Below are positions 53,636 through 62,519 of a DNA stretch of 64,000 nucleotides, one piece after another (position 1 is the first letter of the stretch; every line of letters starts with the position of its first letter). Origin of the DNA: an uncultured Spirochaetales bacterium (lineage in GTDB: Bacteria; Myxococcota_A; UBA9160; PR03). The notes under the pieces were generated by a model, which was not told where the DNA came from, did no database searches, and saw only the letters and a list, made by a program, of their open reading frames with translations. The stretch covers positions 330 to 64,329 of the forward strand of contig CAYGWM010000004.1 in the NCBI GenBank assembly GCA_964353555.1, in the 5' to 3' direction. A program made the translations under genes and the position numbers.

Positions 53636-53674
53636 CGCCGCGCAGCGAGCCAGAGGCGAGCGAAGTTCATCAGG
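53636..53674. repeat. copy B of the dispersed GCGAGCCA-NN-GGCGAGC...GTTCATCAGG repeat
   Basis: CGCCGCGCAGCGAGCCAgAGGCGAGCGAAGTtCATcAGG lies in the spacer between the hemB stop (53622) and the small gene starting at 53691. Confidence 0.65.
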
Positions 53675-53690
53675 ACGAGGGGGAAATCGC

Positions 53691-53864
53691 GTGGCGCTTC
53701 TCTACAAAGTGATCGAGACCAGTAACGTCGCGGACGATGAACTCGAGCGCATCCTGAACGAATGGGTCGCGCAGGGCTGGAGCTTCGAAGGCTTCCACTT
53801 CGCGATGCGCGAGAACTCGAAACGGCCATCGATGGCGTTCGTGACGTTCACGCGCGAGAGCTAG
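53691..53864 (+). CDS. small DUF4177-like protein (57 aa)
   Basis: GTG 53691 has GAGGGGG 8 nt upstream. VALLYKVIETSNVADDELERILNEWVAQGWSFEGFHFAM... resembles the YK-V...LN..A..GWEL pattern of DUF4177. The track start at 53619 would run through repeat copy B. Confidence 0.5.
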   Translation: MALLYKVIETSNVADDELERILNEWVAQGWSFEGFHFAMRENSKRPSMAFVTFTRES

Positions 53865-53957
53865 CCCGTTCGTGGGGCGAAGTGCCGCATCTCCAGTTTG
53901 CTGTGAGGCGTAGTGCCCGATTCGGGTGCGCGTCAGCGCCGCACCGCCGGCGCCAAG

Positions 53958-53973
53958 TGGCTCGGATTCTGCA
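53958..53973 (+). promoter_or_regulatory. sigma54-type (-24/-12) promoter upstream of norC
   Basis: TGGCTCGGATTCTGCA compares with the consensus TGGCACG-N4-TTGCA. GG (53959-60) and GC (53971-72) have the exact 10-nt separation, and 10 of the 12 specified consensus positions match. An AGGAGG Shine-Dalgarno lies at 53987-53992 and the norC GTG at 54001. A small inverted repeat GGTGCG-N9-CGCACC lies at 53925-53945. Confidence 0.4.
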
Positions 53974-54000
53974 CAGCGGGCGGGGCAGGAGGTGCCTGCT

Positions 54001-54681
54001 GTGCTCTCGAAGTCTCAAGCTCGACTCTTTTTCCTCGGCGGGACTCTCTTCTTCTCGGTCATCTTCATCGCGCTGACCGTGGACACGCTCCGCCAGATCC
54101 CGGCCCGATCTCACCAGGACCACATGACGGCCGAGGTCGTTCGCGGCAAGGGGATCTGGGACAAGAGCAACTGCATGGGCTGTCACACGATCCTCGGCGA
54201 GGGTGGCTACTACGCGCCCGAGTTGACGAAGGTGGTGCAGCGCCGCGGCAAGGAGTGGATCGCGATCTTCCTGGCGGATCCCCAGGCGATGTTCCCCGGC
54301 GAGCGGAAGATGGTGAACTACCACTTCGACGACGGGCAGACTCGCGACGTGATCGCGTTCCTCGACTGGATCGGCGGTATCGACACCAACGGGTTTCCGC
54401 CGAAGCCGGACCTCGCGCTGCCGGCAGCCGTAGCGAACGTGAACCTCGCGCCGCCGCCGCTGATGTTCGGGACGGTGTGCGTCGCGTGTCACTCCGTCGG
54501 CGGCAAAGGCGGCGTGGTCGGCCCGGCGCTCGATGGTGTCGCGCATCGCAAGACGCCGCAGGAGCTCGATCGCTGGCTCGCCGACCCCGCTGCCGTCAAG
54601 CCGGGGACCGCGATGCCCAAGCTGCCGATCGACGAATCGACCCGCGCGGCCCTGGTCGCGTGGCTCTCCACGTTGAACTAG
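54001..54681 (+). CDS. norC: nitric oxide reductase subunit C with an additional C-terminal class-I cytochrome c domain (dihaem NorC)
   Basis: ARLFFLGGTLFFSVIFIALTVDT...VVRGKGIWDKSNCMGCHTILGEGGYYAPEL...FLDWIGGIDTNGFPPKPD matches NorC almost block for block. A second haem-c site and Met ligand follow: CVACHSVGGKGGVVGPALDG...KPGTAMPKL. Confidence 0.85.
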   Translation: MLSKSQARLFFLGGTLFFSVIFIALTVDTLRQIPARSHQDHMTAEVVRGKGIWDKSNCMGCHTILGEGGYYAPELTKVVQRRGKEWIAIFLADPQAMFPGERKMVNYHFDDGQTRDVIAFLDWIGGIDTNGFPPKPDLALPAAVANVNLAPPPLMFGTVCVACHSVGGKGGVVGPALDGVAHRKTPQELDRWLADPAAVKPGTAMPKLPIDESTRAALVAWLSTLN

Positions 54682-54690
54682 GAGCGCGCC

Positions 54691-56052
54691 ATGAAGTTCA
54701 GCACCCAGCGCATCGCATACCTCTTCTTCGCAACGTCGATGTTGTTGCTTCCGCTCCAGCTCGTATTCGGTTTCGTGATGGGCTTTGCGCACATCGGCTG
54801 GGACGGACTCCACGAATGGATTCCGTTCAACGCCGCGCGATCGACGCACTTGAACCTGCTCGTGTTGTGGCTGTTGTCCGGATTCATGGGCGCCGCGTAC
54901 TTCATCATCCCCGAAGAGGCAGACCGCGAGATCTGGAGCCCGCAGCTCGCGATCGTGCAGTGGGCGTCGCTGGTGGTCGTCGCGGTCGTCGCGCTGGTGG
55001 GATTCCAGTTCGGCTGGTGGGAGGGGCGCAAGTTCCTCGAGATCCCGCGTCCGCTCGACTACCTGGTGCTCGTGAACGTACTCGCGTTCCTGCTCAACAT
55101 CGCGATGACGGCCTGGAATGCCAAGCGCTTCACCACCACCGGTAGCGTGCTGCTGCTCGGACTCACTGCAGCCGGGTTGCTCTATCTGCCGGGCATGATC
55201 ACGTTCCAGAACCAGGTCTTCGATTCCTACTTCCGCTGGTGGGTCGTGCATCTGTGGGTCGAAGGCGTGTGGGAACTGATCATGGGCGCGATCCTCGCGT
55301 ACCTGTTGATCAAGCTGACCGGCGTCGATCGCGAAGTGATCGAGAAGTGGCTCTACGTGATCGTCGGCTTCACGTTCCTCTCGGGCATTCTCGGCACCGG
55401 CCATCACTACTACTTCATCGGGGCGCCGTCTTACTGGCTGTGGATCGGCGGGGTCTTCTCGGCGCTGGAACCGCTCGCGTTCCTCGGCATGGCTCTCTAT
55501 GCCGTCACGATGGCGCGTCGCGCGGGTCGCGATCATCCCAATCGCATCGCGCTGTTCTGGACGGTCGGCTGCGGCGTGATGTCGTTCGTGGGCGCCGGCT
55601 TCCTCGGCTTCGCGCACACGCTGCCGTCGGTGAATCTCTACACCCATGGAACCATCGTCACGGCGATGCATGGCCACATGGCGTTCTGGGGCGCCTACGC
55701 GATGATCGTGCTCGGCATCATCAGCTACACGATGCCGCTACTCACCGGGCGCAAGCGCTTTGGTGGCTGGGTGCCCGAGGTCGCATTCTGGACCGCGAAC
55801 ATCGGGATGCTGGGAATGACCGGCGCCTTCGCGGTCGCCGGCATCACGCAGGTCTATCTGGAGCGCCGGATGGGCATGGACTTCCTACAGGCGCAGAAGG
55901 CGGTGGCCGTCCATTTCGGCGGCGTCGTGCTCGCCGGATCCCTTCTCACGCTCGGCATCGCGCTCTTCATCTGGGATTTCATCCGCTATGGGCTGCCGAG
56001 CGAGGAGGCCATCGGCCGCGACATCTCGGTCGGCGCCGCGGAGACCGCGTAG
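54691..56052 (+). CDS. norB: nitric oxide reductase subunit B (cNOR catalytic subunit, haem-copper oxidase superfamily)
   Basis: A 453-aa protein with 12 TM helices. RIAYLFFATSMLLL...NAARSTHLNLLVLWLL...WWVVHLWVEGVWE...GTGHHYY...HGHMAFWGAY carries the conserved His ligands. Confidence 0.93.
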   Translation: MKFSTQRIAYLFFATSMLLLPLQLVFGFVMGFAHIGWDGLHEWIPFNAARSTHLNLLVLWLLSGFMGAAYFIIPEEADREIWSPQLAIVQWASLVVVAVVALVGFQFGWWEGRKFLEIPRPLDYLVLVNVLAFLLNIAMTAWNAKRFTTTGSVLLLGLTAAGLLYLPGMITFQNQVFDSYFRWWVVHLWVEGVWELIMGAILAYLLIKLTGVDREVIEKWLYVIVGFTFLSGILGTGHHYYFIGAPSYWLWIGGVFSALEPLAFLGMALYAVTMARRAGRDHPNRIALFWTVGCGVMSFVGAGFLGFAHTLPSVNLYTHGTIVTAMHGHMAFWGAYAMIVLGIISYTMPLLTGRKRFGGWVPEVAFWTANIGMLGMTGAFAVAGITQVYLERRMGMDFLQAQKAVAVHFGGVVLAGSLLTLGIALFIWDFIRYGLPSEEAIGRDISVGAAETA

Positions 56053-56871
56053 GTGCCGATCGCCCGGGCGACGAGCGAGCGGGCGGACGCGACGCCCGCG
56101 GCGCTCCCGTGGTATCGCCCGATCCGCAACGAGTGCGAACTCTTTGCGACCGCCTTCGAAGAGCGGCTGCCGCTGCTATTGAAGGGACCGACGGGCTGCG
56201 GCAAGACGCGGCTCGTCGAGCACATGGCCGCCCGCCTCGGCCGCCCTTTCATCACGGTTGCGTGTCACGACGAGACCTCGGCCGTCGATCTGCTCGGCCG
56301 CTGGCTGCTGAAGGGCGGCGACACCGTCTGGCAGGACGGCCCGGTGACGCGCGCGGTGCGCGAGGGAGCGATCCTCTATCTCGACGAGTTCGCGGAAGCG
56401 CGCAGCGACGTGCTGGTCGTGATCCATCCGCTGACGGACCACCGGCGCCGGCTCTTCGTCGAGCGGCATGACGAGGAACTCGAAGCGGCGCCCGGCTTCC
56501 TGCTGGTCGCGAGCTACAACCCGGGCTACCAGCGCGGCCTGAAGGAGCTGAAGCCCTCGACGCGGCAGCGCTTCGTGACGCTCGTGTTCGACTACCCCGC
56601 GCCCGACGTCGAGGTCGAGATCCTGCAGCAGGAGGCGGCCATCGATGCGCGCACCGCCAAGGCGCTCGTAGCGCTGCTCGGGAAGCTCCGCGCCGCTGAT
56701 ACGCTCGCGCTCGCCGCGGCGCCCTCGACGCGGCTGGCCGTCTCGGCGGCGCGGCTGATCCGAGCCGGTGTCGCGCCGCGGGCGGCATGTGCGGCGGCGA
56801 TCATCGAGCCGCTGACCGACGATCCCGAGATCGCGTCGGGCCTGCGCGATCTGGTCGCCCTCGTCTTCTGA
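56053..56871 (+). CDS. norQ: NorQ (CbbQ/NirQ/NorQ MoxR-type AAA+ ATPase)
   Basis: GTG start. Walker A LLLKGPTGCGKTRLVEHMA, Walker B ILYLDEF, and ...SYNPGYQ...L.PSTRQRF. Confidence 0.9.
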   Translation: MPIARATSERADATPAALPWYRPIRNECELFATAFEERLPLLLKGPTGCGKTRLVEHMAARLGRPFITVACHDETSAVDLLGRWLLKGGDTVWQDGPVTRAVREGAILYLDEFAEARSDVLVVIHPLTDHRRRLFVERHDEELEAAPGFLLVASYNPGYQRGLKELKPSTRQRFVTLVFDYPAPDVEVEILQQEAAIDARTAKALVALLGKLRAADTLALAAAPSTRLAVSAARLIRAGVAPRAACAAAIIEPLTDDPEIASGLRDLVALVF

Positions 56872-58781
56872 TGTCGCCGCGCCTCGACTTCGAGTGGGAT
56901 CTCGGGCTGTTCCGCGCCGGTCGCGCGCTGCTGCGCAGGATCCGCGGGGGTGCTCGCGCTCGTGACACGGCGCGATCCCGGCGCGCGGCGCGGCTCGAGG
57001 ATCATCGCGACGCGCTCACCGCGTTCGCACGCGCACTCAGCGGCTTGCCCGTGCGGATCGTTGCGGCGACCGACGCCGGTGGTGTGCGCGGCGAGGATCT
57101 GTTGCTGCCCGAGATGCTGGAGCTCGCGGGCGAGCCCGAAGCCAATCGCGCGCTCTATGTGTTGCGCACCGCGGTGTCGGCAGCGATCGTACGGCTGGAT
57201 CTCGCGGCGAAGGGGAAGGAGGCAGCCGCGGAGTCGCTGCCGGCGCCGCTCCCGGCGCTGCGTGCGGCGGCGGACGCCTGCGCATGGCTGTCGTTCGAAC
57301 TCCCTTGCTTCGGGCCACGCATGGAGCAGGCGCGCGCCCTCGCACTCGCCGCGCGTCCAGACGCCAGGCGTTTACGCGGCTGCGAAGCGCTGCGGGAACG
57401 CGCGCGGCGCGCGGCGCTGCGCGGCGAGAAGCCGTGGGAGAGCGCGGCTTTCGTTGCGGCGCTGCGCGAAGCCCGCGAGAGCGGACCCGCAGCGCCCGGC
57501 GAGCCGCTGCTCGGAGAACGCCTCGAGCCCGGCGATTCCGCACGTAGTGGCGCGGAGGCGGGCGACGACGCGCGCGACGCGAATCCGGGCAATCCCGAGA
57601 CGGAGGCCGAAGCGCCGCGCGTCGGCTCGATCGAACGCGTGTTGCTCGAGAAGGACGAGCGCGGTGACATCGTCTGGAATCCTTTCGAGCGCGTCGAGAC
57701 GCTCGACGAGTATCGCGGCGGCTCGCGCAACCTCGATGGTGCCGACGACCTCGATGCGCATCTCGAGGCGCTCGCGGAGGTGGATCTCGGCAAGGTGACG
57801 CGCGGTGGCGGTCCCGCGCAGTCGCTGCTTCGTGCGGACGTTCGCATCGACGCCGATGCTCCGGATGTCTCGAGCAGCGCCCCGGATGCGAGCGGCGTTC
57901 CCTACGACGAATGGGACTTTCGCGCGCGAGCCTACCGTCGCGGCTGGTGCACGGTCTATCCGCAGCGCGTGCAGGCCGTGGATGCGCGCTGGGCGACTGA
58001 CGCGAGCGTTCGACACCGGCGGCGGATCGACGAGCTCCGCCGCCGCCTCGAGCGTCACCGCGCGGGGCTGCGGAGCGTCGATCGCCAGCTCGACGGCGAG
58101 GACGTCGATCTCGCCGCGCTGGTCGACGAACGAGCCGCGCTCGCCGCAGGCCGAGGTGGCAACCCGCGGCTCTACGTGCGCCAGGAACGGCGGCGCCGCG
58201 ACTTCGCGACCACCGTGCTGCTCGATGTTTCGCTCTCGACCGACGCCTGGATCCGCGGCCGGCGCGTGCTCGACGTGGCGCGCGATGCCGTCTTCGTGCT
58301 CGGCGAGGTCGCAGCCCAACTCGGCGATCGAATTCGCGTGCTGGCCTTCGCATCGGAGACGCGCAATCGCTGTCACGTCTGGGAGGTCCTCGGCTGGGAC
58401 GAGCCGTGGCCGGCGGGCCGCGTGCGACTCGGCGGGCTGACGCCGCGCGGGTACACGCGAATCGGTCCAGCGATTCGTCACGCGACCGCCGATCTCGCCG
58501 CCGTCGCGGCCGAACGCAAGCTGCTGCTGTTGATCTCCGACGGGAAGCCCACCGACTATGATCGCTACGAAGGCCGCTACGGCATTGCAGATGTGCGCCA
58601 AGCGCTGCGCGAGGCCGAGCAACGCGGACTTCGCACCCACGCGCTCGCTGTCGACGCGGTCGCGCGCGCTTGGCTCCCCGCGCTCTTTGGCGCTGGCGCG
58701 TGGCACGTACTGCCGCGCCCCGAACTGCTACCCGACGTGCTGACGCGGGTGTACGGCCGACTCACGTTGTCCGCGACGTGA
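56871..58781 (+). CDS. norD: NorD (von Willebrand factor A domain accessory protein of NO reductase)
   Basis: The ATG overlaps the norQ TGA by 1 nt. The C-terminal VWA domain has the MIDAS motif VLLDVSLSTD...LLLISDGKPTDYD. The position after norQ fits NorD. Confidence 0.85.
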   Translation: MSPRLDFEWDLGLFRAGRALLRRIRGGARARDTARSRRAARLEDHRDALTAFARALSGLPVRIVAATDAGGVRGEDLLLPEMLELAGEPEANRALYVLRTAVSAAIVRLDLAAKGKEAAAESLPAPLPALRAAADACAWLSFELPCFGPRMEQARALALAARPDARRLRGCEALRERARRAALRGEKPWESAAFVAALREARESGPAAPGEPLLGERLEPGDSARSGAEAGDDARDANPGNPETEAEAPRVGSIERVLLEKDERGDIVWNPFERVETLDEYRGGSRNLDGADDLDAHLEALAEVDLGKVTRGGGPAQSLLRADVRIDADAPDVSSSAPDASGVPYDEWDFRARAYRRGWCTVYPQRVQAVDARWATDASVRHRRRIDELRRRLERHRAGLRSVDRQLDGEDVDLAALVDERAALAAGRGGNPRLYVRQERRRRDFATTVLLDVSLSTDAWIRGRRVLDVARDAVFVLGEVAAQLGDRIRVLAFASETRNRCHVWEVLGWDEPWPAGRVRLGGLTPRGYTRIGPAIRHATADLAAVAAERKLLLLISDGKPTDYDRYEGRYGIADVRQALREAEQRGLRTHALAVDAVARAWLPALFGAGAWHVLPRPELLPDVLTRVYGRLTLSAT

Positions 58782-58863
58782 GCGCGGGCGGGAGCCGCGC
58801 AGAGAAAGGCGCCGGCGGCGTGGTGAGCCCAACGCGCGAGCGCTGCGAACCCGAGCGGAGCGT

Positions 58864-59814
58864 TCAGCAGAGTGCGTGTGCCAGATGCTGCGCAAGGCGC
58901 GCCAGCGACGCGCGGCGCTCGTCTTCGTCGGTGCGGGCCGCCGGCCGCACCACCAGGTGATTCATCCCGAGCACTTCCCGGTACTGCGCGATCCGTTCCG
59001 CGACCTCGCCGATCTCGCCGACGATCACCCGATCTTCCGCAGCGCCCGCCGCGCGCGCGGCGATCGCACCGCGCGCCCGTGCCGCAACTGCCGCGAACTC
59101 AGCCTCCGCTCCCTCGCGCACGCGACGCGCGCTCGCCGCGTCCGCCGCGACGTGCACCGTACGCATCACCGCGACGGGCAGCGAATTCACCGCGACGCCG
59201 TCCGGTAGCTGCGCCGCGTGCTCGGCAAAGTTCTTCACCAGCGTCGCGAAGCTCTCGATCGGCGAGGCGAGATACGGCAGCCCGCGGCGCGCGGCCTGCG
59301 TGAGGCCCTTCGGCCCGAATGCGGCGACCCAGATCGGCGGATGCGGTTGCTGGATCGGTTGCGGCGCCGCGAAAGCGCCGTCGTCGCCGCGTTCCTTTGC
59401 GCTCCATGCCGCGAGGATCACGTCGAGCGCTTCGTCGAAGCGGTCGCGCTTGTCGCGCGGGTCGATGCCGAACGCCTTGAACATCGCCGGCTCGAAGCCC
59501 CGGCCGACACCGAGAATCGCGCGCCCGCACGACAGCTGGTCGAGCGTCGCGACCTCGGCAGCCATCCGCAGCGGATCGTGGATCGAGATCAGCAGCGAGG
59601 TGGTGCCGAGCCGCACACGCCGCGTGATCGCCGCAATCGCCGCGAGCGCGACGATCGGCGACGCGGTCGCGCCGGGTCGCAGGTGACCTTCGGGCAGCCA
59701 GATCGAGTCGAAGCCGCACTGGTCGGCCCACACGGCGAGATCCGCGGTCGCGCTCCAGGAACGAGCGTCGACGGGACCGCCGAGCGCGAGTCCGAGGCGC
59801 AGCGGGCCGGGCAA
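58864..59814 (-). CDS. LLM-class (luciferase-like) flavin-dependent oxidoreductase
   Basis: The TTG at 59814 lies 1 nt after the upstream stop. LRLGLALGG...ADQCGFDSIWLPEGH...VRLGTTSLLISIHDPLRMAAEVATLDQLSCGRAILGVGRG. The track start at 59907 overlaps the upstream gene. Confidence 0.8.
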   Translation of the reverse strand: MPGPLRLGLALGGPVDARSWSATADLAVWADQCGFDSIWLPEGHLRPGATASPIVALAAIAAITRRVRLGTTSLLISIHDPLRMAAEVATLDQLSCGRAILGVGRGFEPAMFKAFGIDPRDKRDRFDEALDVILAAWSAKERGDDGAFAAPQPIQQPHPPIWVAAFGPKGLTQAARRGLPYLASPIESFATLVKNFAEHAAQLPDGVAVNSLPVAVMRTVHVAADAASARRVREGAEAEFAAVAARARGAIAARAAGAAEDRVIVGEIGEVAERIAQYREVLGMNHLVVRPAARTDEDERRASLARLAQHLAHALC

Positions 59815-59815
59815 T

Positions 59816-61150
59816 CTAGACCGAGGGCGAGGTGAGAGGCGCCGAACCCACGACGTACGGAAAGATGATGCGCATCGGGTCGACGCCCGCACCGAGCTGT
59901 TGCGCAAGACCCGAGAGCAGGCCGAGCGTGCGGCCGAGCAGAACCATGTGACTCGGGATGCGCACCAGAGGGTTCGCGCGCACCTTCGCCATCACTTCCT
60001 CGCCGATTGCTTCGAGACGCTCCGGGGAGAGTGAGCCGGTCGTCGCCAGCTCGGTCGCGATGGCGAGGCCCATCTGCGACAGCGAGACCAGCGCGTCGCG
60101 CGAGCCGTCGCGCGCGGCGAAACCGAGCGCCTCCAGCACGAGCGCCATCTCCTCGGGATCGCGGCGCAGCAGCGCCAGCATGAACGCGAGCGACTTGGCC
60201 CGAAAGTCCGCGGGAAGCTCCTTCGCGAGGCCCCAATCGAGCAGCACGAGGCGTCCGCTTCGCTCGACGAGCAGATTGCCGGGATGCGGGTCGGCCTGGA
60301 AGAAGCCGTGCACCAGCACCTGTTCGCACCACGCTTCGACGAGCGTGCGCACGACGCGATCGACGTCGACGCCCGCGGCATCGAGCGCTGGGCGATCGGT
60401 GATCTTGATGCCGTCGATGAACTCCATCACCAGCACGCGGCGCGTGCTGAACTCGCGATGGATGCGCGGCACGTGGATGTCGTCACGTGTGGCGAACAGC
60501 CGTGCGGCGCGCTCGGCGTGGCTGGCCTCGGACAGGAAGTCGAGCTCGCGCGGTACGAAGCGGCCCATCTCGTCGACGAGTGCGGTCAGGTCGAAGTCGC
60601 CTTCGAGCCAGTCGATCGCGCGGAAGAGGATGCGTAGGTTGGCGAGATCCGAATGCACCAGTTCGGCGACCTCGGGGTACTGCACCTTCACCGCGACGCG
60701 GCGGCCGTCTTGCAGAACCGCCTCGTGTACCTGTGCGAGCGACGCCGATGCGATCGGACGCGGCTCGAAACGCGCGAAGATCGCTTCGAGCGGGCGACCG
60801 AGTTCGGTTTCGACGATGCGCCGCACGACGGGCAGGTCGCGTGCGGGCACGCGATCCTGCAAGCGCGCGAGCACGTCGACCCATTCGCGCGGCATCAGGT
60901 CGGCGCGCGCGCCGATGTACTGGCAGCTCTTCAGGATCAGACCACGCAGTTCGACGGCGGCTTCGTAGACGGCCTCCGCGCTCTCGCGGTGGAAGCGGCT
61001 CCAGCGGTCTTGCATCTGCGCGCGGGGGAGTCCGCGCGCCAGCACTTGATTCGTCTTCAGGCCGAGATAGACACGGCCCACGGCAACGCCGATGCGCCGC
61101 GCGCGCTCGATGCGCTGCTGAACGGCGAAAAGCGGGGCGGCGAGCGACAC
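59816..61150 (-). CDS. ABC1/UbiB-family atypical protein kinase
   Basis: GTG start. LILKSCQYIGARADLMPREWVDVLARLQDRVP...PIASASLAQVHEAVLQDGRRVAVKVQYP...VLVMEFIDG...HGFFQADPHPGNLLV. Confidence 0.9.
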   Translation of the reverse strand: MSLAAPLFAVQQRIERARRIGVAVGRVYLGLKTNQVLARGLPRAQMQDRWSRFHRESAEAVYEAAVELRGLILKSCQYIGARADLMPREWVDVLARLQDRVPARDLPVVRRIVETELGRPLEAIFARFEPRPIASASLAQVHEAVLQDGRRVAVKVQYPEVAELVHSDLANLRILFRAIDWLEGDFDLTALVDEMGRFVPRELDFLSEASHAERAARLFATRDDIHVPRIHREFSTRRVLVMEFIDGIKITDRPALDAAGVDVDRVVRTLVEAWCEQVLVHGFFQADPHPGNLLVERSGRLVLLDWGLAKELPADFRAKSLAFMLALLRRDPEEMALVLEALGFAARDGSRDALVSLSQMGLAIATELATTGSLSPERLEAIGEEVMAKVRANPLVRIPSHMVLLGRTLGLLSGLAQQLGAGVDPMRIIFPYVVGSAPLTSPSV

Positions 61151-61154
61151 GGGG

Positions 61155-62519
61155 CTACCAGAGCTCCGGCGGCTTCGCGGGACACGACCAGGCGCCGTCG
61201 CTCAGGTCATCGTCGCCGCGTTGGGCCGTTGCTTCGTCGCCGCCCTGCGCGACGTCGGGGGCAGGGTCGCCGCCGGCATCGTCGGTGTCTTCGTCGAGGT
61301 ACGGCGGGTTGTAGGCGCACTGCACCCAGCGCGGCGCGGAGAATTCGAGCAGGTAGCTGGTGCCGAAGCCCTGATAGGTGAAGGCACTTTCATCGTCGCC
61401 CGGAAGCAGGAAGCCGATCTCGGGCTTGGGGATCGCCTCGAGCAGCTTGGCCTCGACCAGTTGGTCGAGGCTTTCGGGGTAGGTCGTTTCCTTTTCGTAG
61501 TAGCCGTGGAGCGCGTCGATGATGCGCTGTGCGTGGACGTCACGCGTGCGTGTGTAGTCCCAGCGCGCCCACGCCTCGCCGACGAAGAGCGGGAGACCGA
61601 GCAGCAAGCCGGCCGCGGCTGTGTGCACGGCCCGGCGCCGCAGGCGCTCCGGGTCGAAGCGCACGCCGATCGCGGCGATCGCTAGCATCATGCTACAGAC
61701 GATCGCCGCGCCGATGAGTCGCCCCTGCGTGACGCGGAACGGCAGCAGACCGTCGGCACCGAGCGCCAGCCAGCCCGCGGGCAGCGCGACACCCGCGAGC
61801 AGCACGAGCAGACCGAGCGCCCGACGGCCGCGGCGCAGCCAGTACAGACCGAGCAACGCGAGCGCCACGCCGCCGAGTTCAGCCGCGAGCGTGGTGCCGA
61901 TCACCTCGAAACCGAACACCTGCACGGCCGGCCACGGGGAGATCGCGAACGGCAGATACGCGTTCGTGCCGGTGACGTTCCGTTCGATCAACAGCACCGC
62001 AGCAGTGGTTGGTGCGAGCCAGCCGAGTCGCGCGAACCAGCCGAGTCGCAACCAACTCGCGGCGAGCCAGGGCGATGCGATCGCGCAGCCCATCACCGTC
62101 GCCACGGCCAGCATCGTGCCCGACCAGCGCCAGTGGAAGAAGTTCCAGACCAGCTGCGCATTGCCCGAGCCGAGCGCGTAGTAGAGGAAGAAGACGACTG
62201 CGATCGTCGTCGTGATGGCCGCCGCGCGTGCGAGCGCAGACCGCGTCGTTGCCCAGGTCGCGATCAGCAGCAGCAGCGAAGGCGCGCCGAACACGGCCAT
62301 GCCCTTGGCGCGGTCGTTGAGCAGCGATTCCCAGCTGGAACCCACCAGCGCCTGCATCAGAAAACCGCGGGGCGACCACCAGTGCAGCGCGCTGTCCGGC
62401 AACTCGGGTCGCGGGCCGAGGCCGTGGTGAAGCGTCACTGCGTAGGCGATCGACGACAGCAGGATCACGCCGGGAACCACGAAGCGCAGCGTTCGCGGAC
62501 GCGTTCGCTCGTCGCTCAC
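61155..62519 (-). CDS. polytopic membrane protein of unknown function with an acidic C-terminal extracytoplasmic domain
   Basis: A GTG overlaps the upstream stop (GTGA). About 10 hydrophobic helices are followed by a soluble tail, IIDALHGYYEKETTYPESLDQLVEAKLLEAIPKPE...YQGFG. The tail is reminiscent of the GspG/pseudopilin alpha-beta motif (YP..L..LV...L..IP.DP). The protein ends in a Asp/Gly-rich stretch. Confidence 0.6.
   Translation of the reverse strand: MSDERTRPRTLRFVVPGVILLSSIAYAVTLHHGLGPRPELPDSALHWWSPRGFLMQALVGSSWESLLNDRAKGMAVFGAPSLLLLIATWATTRSALARAAAITTTIAVVFFLYYALGSGNAQLVWNFFHWRWSGTMLAVATVMGCAIASPWLAASWLRLGWFARLGWLAPTTAAVLLIERNVTGTNAYLPFAISPWPAVQVFGFEVIGTTLAAELGGVALALLGLYWLRRGRRALGLLVLLAGVALPAGWLALGADGLLPFRVTQGRLIGAAIVCSMMLAIAAIGVRFDPERLRRRAVHTAAAGLLLGLPLFVGEAWARWDYTRTRDVHAQRIIDALHGYYEKETTYPESLDQLVEAKLLEAIPKPEIGFLLPGDDESAFTYQGFGTSYLLEFSAPRWVQCAYNPPYLDEDTDDAGGDPAPDVAQGGDEATAQRGDDDLSDGAWSCPAKPPELW

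Noticed and set aside
53640-53672. Reverse-strand mini-ORFs starting inside the three GCGAGC repeats, with similar peptides ([36 protein letters not shown]).
   Set aside because: None has a Shine-Dalgarno. Downstream they run antisense through hemB, thiL and the HAD gene with no coding signature. The peptide similarity simply mirrors the DNA repeat.
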